A stretch of 55,524 nt of DNA, taken from the NCBI GenBank assembly GCA_021790735.1, contig JAJYGI010000126.1, positions 1 to 55,524 of the forward strand, written 5' to 3'. The notes beneath the pieces are model-generated. The model did no database searches. It was given only the letters and a program-made list of their open reading frames with translations, and had not been told where the DNA came from. The stretch is from Actinomycetes bacterium. GTDB taxonomy: Bacteria; Actinomycetota; Acidimicrobiia; Acidimicrobiales; Acidimicrobiaceae. Below, piece by piece: positions 45,015-52,939 of the stretch; the first letter of the stretch is position 1; each line of letters opens with the position of its first letter. A program made the position numbers and the translations under genes.

Positions 45015-45593
45015 CTAAGACTGATCTTTGGGTGCAAAGTTAAGGTAGTACTTAGACGGTGTCGGACCTCGCTGACCCTGGTACTTGCTCCCAATTTCTT
45101 TAGATCCGTAAGGATGGATAGCCTCTGTCGTCATCTTTAAAAAGCTGATCTGGCCTATTTTCATCCCTGGATAAAGAGTGATTGGAAGATTCGCCACATT
45201 AGAAAGCTCTAACGTCACATGCCCATGAAAACCAGGGTCTACAAAGCCAGCTGTAGAGTGTATAAGCAGTCCTAGACGACCAAGAGAAGACTTTCCTTCA
45301 AGCCTACCAACCAGGTCATTTGGAATACCGATAAACTCCGCCGTTGCGCCAAGCACAAACTCTCCAGGGTGCAAAATAAGAGCATCATCTCGCTCTACTT
45401 CCACAAGCTCCGTAAGGTCTTCTTGAGCCAACTTCACATCAATTACCTTTATCGAGTGATTTCGGAACACTCGAAACAAACTGTCTAGGTGAAGATCTAC
45501 AGAGGAAGGCTGGACGCACCCCTCCTCCAAAGGATCGATTACAACCCGACCCAAGTTAATCTGCTCCCAAATCGACTTATCAGACAAGATCAT
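45015..45593 (-). CDS. dcd: dCTP deaminase
   Basis: [33 protein letters not shown] and SKYQGQ motifs; true start ATG at 45593. Confidence 0.97.
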   Translation of the reverse strand: MILSDKSIWEQINLGRVVIDPLEEGCVQPSSVDLHLDSLFRVFRNHSIKVIDVKLAQEDLTELVEVERDDALILHPGEFVLGATAEFIGIPNDLVGRLEGKSSLGRLGLLIHSTAGFVDPGFHGHVTLELSNVANLPITLYPGMKIGQISFLKMTTEAIHPYGSKEIGSKYQGQRGPTPSKYYLNFAPKDQS

Positions 45594-45635
45594 ATAGATT
45601 GACACGATAGTATTAGGAACTAGAAATAAGTTCAT

Positions 45636-45709
45636 GCGGGTGTAGTTCAGCGGCAGAACATCAGCTTCCCAAGCTGAGAACGCGGGTTCGATTCCCGTCA
45701 CCCGCTCCA
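45636..45709 (+). tRNA. tRNA-Gly (CCC), CCA encoded
   Basis: GCGGGTGTAGTTCAGCGGCAGAACATCAGCTTCCCAAGCTGAGAACGCGGGTTCGATTCCCGTCACCCGCTCCA. Confidence 0.97.
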
Positions 45710-46119
45710 GACATGTAGGCTATCAAGCGACTACTTTCTTTTCGCGATAGGTTGATTCACATAGGTTTTGAAGGCTGTAATCGACCAGATTGCACACATC
45801 TACTAAACGAGCAGAGCGTTAGGTCCCTAAAGTTATACAGCTACCAGTTGAAGTGACAAATGGTAGTAGCTGAGGTGCCTAAGTAGTTAGAAGAACATTA
45901 CAAGAACAAAGCGCTCTGAAGTAGCCACACCATAACTACCTATAAGGGTTAGCAGCTTAGCTCTTCTACTCTTATATCTGGTGGTAGCCCCGGATGATAC
46001 CCGCCTCCGCAACTGGACTGGTGACAACTACATGTTCTAGGAGTCGCCGAAGGACAGGTTCTCACGATTGAACAGAACATCTCGTAGCGGCGTTGCCAAG
46101 AGACCTCACCACTCTATTG

Positions 46120-46712
46120 AGACAAATATCGCCTGCACGTTTTGCTTTTCTGTTCGACAAAACAAGAGGTGGGAACATACTCACGCCTTTAAACAACATC
46201 GATAAGTTCTTGAGGGGAACACCCGCAAACTTAGTAGATCGTTCCATTGACGCGAGCGTTCATCTGTGCCCTTGATGGGATCGTGGATACATATGAAATC
46301 CCTTCTTATATCACAATGAACTGCCAGAGTTCGTCACATGCCTTGGAACATAAGACCTCTGAGATGAGCGTCACGCGTTACTTTATCGATCCAGTTTCAC
46401 TTAGAAAGAACAGAAAGTGTAAATCGTTAGACTCAAGAGTAGACGAGCTTTGGAACGGCGATCCGTTCACCTCGGTTACCAAGGCGCAACTATTGGCCGA
46501 CGGACAGCTATCGCAAACGACTATAACCAGTCCCGAGCACATATCTCCCTTGGTCACCCGAGCCCACATGAGTTTCTCGCGTTTGGCTGACCAACCAGAG
46601 AAGAGAACGGGCTCGCTCGGCCAGCTAATTACCAGAACTTTCATACTGAAAACTACTTCAGATTTAAAGCCGCCTAGGGCCCAGACAAGTAGACGTACCT
46701 AGTCTTCTCACA
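46120..46712 (+). mobile_element. Heavily decayed IS3-family orfB (DDE integrase core) with right terminal IR
   Basis: Pieces across frames read FLFDKTRGGNILTPLNNIDKFLR…VDRSIDA, YFIDP…RVDELWNGDPFTSVTKAQLL and NDYNQSRAHISLGHPSPHEF. The end …GTCTTCTCACA is the reverse complement of TGTGAGAAGAC, 10/11 identical to the IS end at 55117. Confidence 0.8.
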
Positions 46713-46854
46713 GACGAAGTTAGCACGGGAGCACGGGGGGCGTACACGAAGATAACCTAGAGATCTTGTTTAAAAAGTTCTCTAGAAATCTTGGAATCAG
46801 AGAGTACAAGCAACTAACCACAAGGATCGTAATAAGAAAATGGCTACCAATATC

Positions 46855-46881
46855 TTGACAACTACTCGGGGGGGGTACCAT
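46855..46881 (+). promoter_or_regulatory. Sigma70-type promoter with a G8 tract in a 15-bp spacer
   Basis: TTGACA (46855-60), ACTACTC plus GGGGGGGG, TACCAT (46876-81). Confidence 0.65.
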
Positions 46882-46959
46882 TGGGGCGGATCCTCGTGAC
46901 CCCAGGGAAGAGTCCGGCTACAGGGATCCGCATGAGCAATAATCTAAGTAGGGGGGAAT

Positions 46960-47460
46960 ATGAAAATTCGAGGCGCCATTAAATTGGGTCTTATATCAAC
47001 GTTGCTTACTAGTGCGGGACTGGTGATAAATTCCGCTCCAGCGTTTGCTTGGAGCGGTCAATCGACTCTGAACTTGGCAGGCGGCGATCAACTGCAAGCA
47101 AACGCGTGGAGCTGCAGTTCGTATTGGTCAGCATGCAGCTGGCAAAACTCCGCGTTCCTGCAAGGATACAACCCCGCATATGCGAACTGGATTCAATCCA
47201 ATACGACACTCACGGAGAATGGTGCTGGATTGTCGTCAATGACGATAAGCAATCCAGTGTCAGTAGTATTCACCTTCAAAGGCGTGACCCTGTGGCAAGG
47301 ATATTGGCGAAACTATCCGGCCTATGAGGCGGGAAGCAGCGGAACTCAAGGCCTTGACTGGTGGTCGTTGAGTTTCTCTAGTCGAGAATGTTCATCCGCA
47401 TACTCGCCGGTATTTGGCACGCCAAGTAATGTATGCGCGACCGGCGAGGGTATTTCCTGA
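46960..47460 (+). CDS. Secreted Trp/Ser/Cys-rich protein of unknown function
   Basis: Sec signal ending in AFA|W at residue 30; mature 136 aa with 9 Trp and 4 Cys; G-rich RBS. Confidence 0.88.
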   Translation: MKIRGAIKLGLISTLLTSAGLVINSAPAFAWSGQSTLNLAGGDQLQANAWSCSSYWSACSWQNSAFLQGYNPAYANWIQSNTTLTENGAGLSSMTISNPVSVVFTFKGVTLWQGYWRNYPAYEAGSSGTQGLDWWSLSFSSRECSSAYSPVFGTPSNVCATGEGIS

Positions 47461-47466
47461 TCTTAT

Positions 47467-49146
47467 ATGCGTCGTTCAAAATATCGTAACATCGTTCTGT
47501 TTACTGTTCTGATTGCAGTACTTGTGACGGTTATTTTCTGGAGAAGTTCCAGAGGATCAGGTACTACTCGATCCTCTGGAACTTCATTTCAACAACTAGT
47601 CGGCAGCAATGGCCTCTTTGCAGATCCAGCCGCTCTGCAAGCGAATGTCCAACCTTCCCTGTATGCCACAGCTTACGACGACCAAGCGGTCATGGAACTT
47701 GATCCGACAGCTAGCACAACGAAAACAAAGCTTTCCGCATCAAGCTTGCAGATCATTAACTCGCAAGTAAGAAGCTGGGGTCCACTATTCGCCGGGCTTT
47801 ATCTTCACATGGCAGAGAGAGAGTTTCAGAACTTGCCGTTGCCTAATGTCGCCGCGATTCGTGCAACTCTTAGTCCAACCGGATATTTTTTACAGGAAGT
47901 ACCCAAGCAAGAACTGTCAATTCCAATCGAGCTTGCAAGCACAAATACCGCACTAATGGTGCTTTCTTCCAATCCGGGCTTTCAACCCACTGCATGGAGT
48001 TCCGTAAAGAACTGGTTGGTAAAGATCGGTCCATCGGTAAATCAGCATCCTTATCTGGTAATGGAAGTGGACTCCGCTTTGTCAAGATTAAACACTCAAG
48101 ACGCGGAGCCTGCGGTAAGCATTGCGAAGAATTGGATAGCGATTCACGGGTATCGTGCAATAGGAACAGGCGTCGTCCCTGTGTCAGATGTCTATGACGC
48201 GTTCGGAGCGATAAAGATTTTGAATGGTCGAGTCTCAGACTTGAGGTCGAGTTCACGAAAGTTTCTACAAGAGCTCTCGCAAGCAGCATTAGAGAGCCGA
48301 GATCCCCAAGTTCTATGGATGGGCGCATACATAGCTCATGCTCTTGGGGCGAGGATAATTGAACAACGTTATCTCAAGGTAATAAATACCCAAAGAGTTG
48401 GTCTGCACCTCTACGCAAGCCCCTCTTATGTGAACGGTAGTCTGGGGACAACGCTTGAGGTAGTAACCAATCCGGACTTCTCCTCGAACCCTAACCAGCT
48501 TGGCAAGATCTATATCTCTTCGCTGTCATATACCAAAAACGCAATCGCACATGGCGACCAGTCAGCGTGCGTTGTGGAAGCGGCCGTAGCGGTCGCCATC
48601 AATCATCCAGTAGTGCCTACGTGGGTAAAAAACTGTTCGGTTACCTACCTTAATCACTACGCTCCCACGCGCCTCACGTCAGCTACAGCACCGACTTGGA
48701 TCTCTCTCGGACCATACTTGGCATCTACAAACTCGGGACGAACGATTCTCCAGCATCTCAAGGTCTCACCATGGTCAGCATCTAGTGAACTCAGCAATGC
48801 GGAGATCGTTCGTGCTGCCTACATTGGCCTTGAGGACTCAGCAGTTGTTCCGAGTCTGGAACCAGCCTTCGCTTGGACTACGATGGCTGCAATGAACGTA
48901 CTTTCACGAGGACCTCAGAGTATGGGCACGTTATACTACTTTGAGGCCGCGTCGAATCTGCTGCGCCTCGGGAAGAGTCTGCCCAGAAAATCGTTATCGA
49001 CATTACGCACGACTCTGGCCAGAAGTAGAGGTTGCCCCAAATTTCCTACCTTATATCGTGATAGCGTTACCGATCCCTCAAGTTGTTCATTAGCTGTAAC
49101 TCTTGTCGCCCAGAGTTTGCAGGCGACGTTGATGCCAGGCGGATAG
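47467..49146 (+). CDS. Membrane-anchored extracytoplasmic helical-repeat protein (prenyltransferase/squalene-cyclase-repeat-like)
   Basis: N-terminal TM helix and S/G/T linker; recurring GxF…SLxxTxxA-like units (NGLF…PSLYATAY, TGYF…LASTNTAL, GSLGTTLEV, CSLAVTLVA). The fold assignment is inference. Confidence 0.75.
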   Translation: MRRSKYRNIVLFTVLIAVLVTVIFWRSSRGSGTTRSSGTSFQQLVGSNGLFADPAALQANVQPSLYATAYDDQAVMELDPTASTTKTKLSASSLQIINSQVRSWGPLFAGLYLHMAEREFQNLPLPNVAAIRATLSPTGYFLQEVPKQELSIPIELASTNTALMVLSSNPGFQPTAWSSVKNWLVKIGPSVNQHPYLVMEVDSALSRLNTQDAEPAVSIAKNWIAIHGYRAIGTGVVPVSDVYDAFGAIKILNGRVSDLRSSSRKFLQELSQAALESRDPQVLWMGAYIAHALGARIIEQRYLKVINTQRVGLHLYASPSYVNGSLGTTLEVVTNPDFSSNPNQLGKIYISSLSYTKNAIAHGDQSACVVEAAVAVAINHPVVPTWVKNCSVTYLNHYAPTRLTSATAPTWISLGPYLASTNSGRTILQHLKVSPWSASSELSNAEIVRAAYIGLEDSAVVPSLEPAFAWTTMAAMNVLSRGPQSMGTLYYFEAASNLLRLGKSLPRKSLSTLRTTLARSRGCPKFPTLYRDSVTDPSSCSLAVTLVAQSLQATLMPGG

Positions 49147-49153
49147 GAGTCAA

Positions 49154-49882
49154 GTGGTCAGGAGTCAAGTAGAGAGCGATCAGAGTCCGGTCTTAGCTTC
49201 TGCGGGTCTTGATGTGGGATATAGGAAGAAACGTGGTGAGCGAGTAACGGTTGTAGGAGACGTAAACCTACAACTTTACAGTGGAGAGATGGTCGCTCTA
49301 CTCGGACCGTCTGGGGTCGGTAAGTCAACCCTACTGGATACCTTGACCCTCATGACGAGACAGATCGCAGGGCAACTCACTATACTCGGAGAGCCTACGA
49401 TATCTATGTCCGAGCACAAACGAGTAGAAGTTCGGCGTAACTCCATCGGATACATCTTTCAGTCATTTAATCTAATCTCTCATCTATCGGCAATCGATAA
49501 CGTCTTAGTGGGCTATCGAGCTCGAAAGAGTTCGCCCTTCGACCTCCCTGACCTTGCGCGAGGGCTTCTTGAATCTGTGGGAATCAGAGGTGCTGATCAG
49601 GAGAAATTACCTGCTTACCTTTCCGTGGGACAACGCCAGAGGGTGGGAGTTGCTCGAGCACTCATCAAGGAGCCACCGCTAATTTTCGCAGATGAACCCA
49701 GCGGTAATTTAGATGAAGTGAATACTGAGTCCCTGTTCGAGCTCTTTCGAGAATATGTGGCCAAAAGAGGCTCGCTTCTTTATGTCACGCACTCTCCGAC
49801 CCTTGCGAACCTTGGGGACAAGATCTTAGAGATAGTTCCTGTACCCAACGGTCCGGCCGAACTTAAAGGCAGGATTCGGTGA
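49154..49882 (+). CDS. ABC transporter ATP-binding protein (LolD/MacB-like)
   Basis: GPSGVGKS, IGYIFQSFNL, LSVGQRQRV, FADEPSGNLD and VTH motifs. Confidence 0.95.
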   Translation: MVRSQVESDQSPVLASAGLDVGYRKKRGERVTVVGDVNLQLYSGEMVALLGPSGVGKSTLLDTLTLMTRQIAGQLTILGEPTISMSEHKRVEVRRNSIGYIFQSFNLISHLSAIDNVLVGYRARKSSPFDLPDLARGLLESVGIRGADQEKLPAYLSVGQRQRVGVARALIKEPPLIFADEPSGNLDEVNTESLFELFREYVAKRGSLLYVTHSPTLANLGDKILEIVPVPNGPAELKGRIR

Positions 49883-51093
49883 AACTCTCTAGTCTTGTAC
49901 TCAAGAACGCAAAGGCGTTTCGAGCAAAGTCAATGACCCTTTACCGACTGGCGCTTCTCCTTGGTGGCTTGGTGACGTTTTTACTTACATTAGGAGGGGT
50001 AAGTACGCAATCAACTGGCACCTTAGCATCGTCGATGGCTCTTCGTACAATAGAGCTTCAACCGAACGGAAATAGTGCGAAAGACCTCACGTCGGTAGTC
50101 TTAAACGAAGTATCAAAGCTCCCAGGAGTTCAAGGGGTATACCCAGTCATCTCCTCCCAGGCGGCCGTAAAAACTCGCAGTGCTGGCTTCGTCATGTATC
50201 CAACAAGTCGAGTACCGATGTTGGATCCACCAATTATAAAATCGATCCGCAAGCATGTTTTTCCTCTTCAAAGCGGAGAAATAGTCCTTCCAAGTTTTGC
50301 TCCGGGTGCTTCAGAGCCATCGATGCTGTCACTAGTAGGAACTACAGTTGCAGTAAGTATCGCTCACCAGGTGGAGCCTGGAGTGGGCAATATTGAAACC
50401 AAGTCAATGAAAGTCGTTGGCATCTATAGTGGCAGTTGGCAGCTGCAAGGGCACGAAGCCGCATTTGTGAGTACCTCGGTCGCTCTTCAGTGGGCCGCAC
50501 TGACATCAGGGACGTCTCTTCAAAGGCTACTTGCGACACAAGGCTACACCTCGGTATATCTCCTTGCGAAGAACTCCAACGATGTCAACATCCTTCTGGG
50601 GGATCTAGAGCAAAGGGGACTCTACGCTACATCGCTTGTTGGATCTCAGGTAAACGAACCGGGTGTCCTGAAACTAGCTAACCTCTTGGGAAAGGTTCTC
50701 GCAATAATACTCGCAACAGTACTCTTTGCTGTCACAGCAGCGCTACTGGGTACGCAACTTCGTGGCAGGACACGCGAGCTTTCCACCTTGCGAGCACTCG
50801 GCTACAGTACATCGGAGCTGTCTTGCATATTGGTAAGCGAGTTTGCAATACGAGCTCTCGAGTGCACGGTTCTGGCGACCGTTGCGGGTGTAGCCACAAC
50901 CGTTGTTGGAAACTTCTTAGTACGGTACTTAGATCCTTCTATTCAATCTTCGTTGCCCTACATCGCGCTTCCATCGGCTGTGACTGTACTTGTCGTAGGC
51001 AGTATTGTCTCTGTGGCGACGGTACTCGGGGGTCTGCTCCCATTACGAAGAAGCCTGGCACTCGAACCTGTCGATGGTTTGCGAGATCTTTGA
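49879..51093 (+). CDS. ABC transporter permease (FtsX/MacB type)
   Basis: One TM, a large extracytoplasmic loop, then three TMs; RTRELSTLRALGYS and terminal LEPVDGLR; GTGA coupling to the ATPase. Confidence 0.92.
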   Translation: MKLSSLVLKNAKAFRAKSMTLYRLALLLGGLVTFLLTLGGVSTQSTGTLASSMALRTIELQPNGNSAKDLTSVVLNEVSKLPGVQGVYPVISSQAAVKTRSAGFVMYPTSRVPMLDPPIIKSIRKHVFPLQSGEIVLPSFAPGASEPSMLSLVGTTVAVSIAHQVEPGVGNIETKSMKVVGIYSGSWQLQGHEAAFVSTSVALQWAALTSGTSLQRLLATQGYTSVYLLAKNSNDVNILLGDLEQRGLYATSLVGSQVNEPGVLKLANLLGKVLAIILATVLFAVTAALLGTQLRGRTRELSTLRALGYSTSELSCILVSEFAIRALECTVLATVAGVATTVVGNFLVRYLDPSIQSSLPYIALPSAVTVLVVGSIVSVATVLGGLLPLRRSLALEPVDGLRDL

Positions 51094-51324
51094 TGGCCAA
51101 GGAGACGACTATCGCACCTCCAACGTTGTCGGCTAGGGTAAGCTTCGCCGAACGTCCGCTCCGCGAAAAGACGAAGCTCTAACGATGGGAAGTACTTACA
51201 CATGGTGTTCAAGCGCGTGGGGAATGATGAGACAAAGTCCTAAGATAGTCTGAGATACCCTGATTGAACCAGACTGGCGCTCCCTAAGACGCGAAGGACC
51301 TAAGGGAGATTTATCGAACTCATA

Positions 51325-51349
51325 GGTTTTTAGTAACCGGGGCATGTCA
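51325..51349. mobile_element. Isolated IS3-like terminal inverted repeat
   Basis: …TAGTAACCGGGGCATGTCA is the reverse complement of TGACATGCCCCGG…, resembling IS3-family TGANNTGCCCC ends. No transposase is recognisable next to it. Confidence 0.4.
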
Positions 51350-51797
51350 ATGCCTTACGACGTTCCAGTAGAAGTGCTACCGCACGCCATCTCACCGCCT
51401 AAATAACTGATTCTGCCGCCACCAAACTCGTGTTCAGCGGTCAGTCTTGCGAGAAACGGGGCCTATATCTGCAAGTTAGAGAACTACAGTCGACGCGACC
51501 TTGACATTCAACTTATTAACACAGAAGTCTTCACACCTAGTACCTACCTCATTCGTGTCGGAAGAGAAAGCAAGGCACCTTACCGTTGAGTTGAACGGTG
51601 ATGCCGAAGTCCAGGCAGATTGATCGAACACTTTGGAACTAACGGCGACCTGGTTTAGATCGGGACGAGTCCGGTGCGCGTCATTTCCCTCCCATGGCGC
51701 AAGAGCAAGAACATCCAATCTCCTCAAAGATCTCTTTCGTGCTTCTCCTTGAATCCACGGGCAACAATTCGCTTAAACTTCATGTTCGCTAGTTCAT

Positions 51798-52631
51798 CTA
51801 CATTACCCTCGTTGAACTGTGCGCAAAAGGTTTTCGCGCACAAAGAGAGTACATCAAAGGAATACGTGCGTACTGCTCAGGGACTTCATATACACCCTCA
51901 TCATTCACCTCAAGAATAGGAGACTGTTGAAAATAAGTGAACGGAAACTCGTGGAACCACTCTATCACAAGGCCGGCGCCCGCGACAGCTGAAATGACTT
52001 CAGCCAGAGTATGCTGCCACTCGGCCGTAGTGTTGAAGGTAGTAACCGCGTCTGATGCAGCGTAACTACCTTGGACTTCGCTCTCTATATGCGGCTGCCC
52101 ACTAGAAAAATAGTCGTGAACAATCGCCCACTCACCATCTCCCAGAATCCACGAGATCGGATGAAATTCCACCAGATAAAGTCTTCCTCCGGGCTTGAGA
52201 AGTTTAGAAACTACCTTTCCCCAGGTGTCTAAATCATCAAGCCAGGGAAGGGCGCCTTTCCCGCTATAGACAATGTCGTAGGTATCTCGAAGAACCAATG
52301 GGGCATCGTACACATCTGCCGCCACCCAACTAACCTCTACGCCACAACTCTCCGCTATTCGTTGTGCCTGTATGAGAGCACTCTCAGAGAAGTCCAATCC
52401 AGTTACTTGGACGCCACGTCTAGCCCAAGAGATCGTGTCGGTGCCGATGTGACACTGAAGGTGCAGCAAACTCTCAGCATCGCCAATTACAAATTCCTCG
52501 TGTTCGAAGTCGCCTAACGCTGAAGATCCAGAAACCAACTCTGAGATCTTATAAAATGGAGACTCACCATGTATGATACTCCTCTCATCCCACCAAGCCT
52601 TGTTAGCTAACTTCAACTGCGAATATTCCAT
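51798..52631 (-). CDS. Class I SAM-dependent methyltransferase
   Basis: N..WWDER, LLHLQCHIGTDT, GLDFS, LKPGGRLYLVEFHP and WQHTL motifs; ATG at 52631. Confidence 0.92.
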   Translation of the reverse strand: MEYSQLKLANKAWWDERSIIHGESPFYKISELVSGSSALGDFEHEEFVIGDAESLLHLQCHIGTDTISWARRGVQVTGLDFSESALIQAQRIAESCGVEVSWVAADVYDAPLVLRDTYDIVYSGKGALPWLDDLDTWGKVVSKLLKPGGRLYLVEFHPISWILGDGEWAIVHDYFSSGQPHIESEVQGSYAASDAVTTFNTTAEWQHTLAEVISAVAGAGLVIEWFHEFPFTYFQQSPILEVNDEGVYEVPEQYARIPLMYSLCARKPFAHSSTRVM

Positions 52632-52939
52632 GTCGAATCGTATCTTAATTATTAACGGCACAACTTGATTAATCCGCGTTTACTTCACATGACTCTTATA
52701 ATTCAAAGCAAATTACATAAACTCTCAGCATTACACTTCAGAACCGTCATAACGCGCGCTAACCATAATGTCTACGTAAATTTTAAGAACTTGATAACTA
52801 TCCTCAAATCTCGTCCAATCCAACACTCAACACCCTCGTAGCGATACCCCTCATTACTGGCTAGTCTTAATAGATACAAAGTTACGAAATATCGTGACCT
52901 GACCCCCGCCGAACGCTTCACGAGGAGACGATGTTTTAG

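Noticed and set aside
45594-45701. N-terminal extension of dcd ([20 protein letters not shown]…)
   Set aside because: It is the antisense translation of tRNA-Gly.
45710-52000. attR duplicate of the tRNA-Gly 3' end, or an integrase
   Set aside because: None found by eye, so the islet is not called an integrative element or prophage.
52895-52910. TGACCTGACCCCCG resembling an IS3 left end
   Set aside because: It lies in the ABC-F upstream region with no transposase remnant; may be chance.
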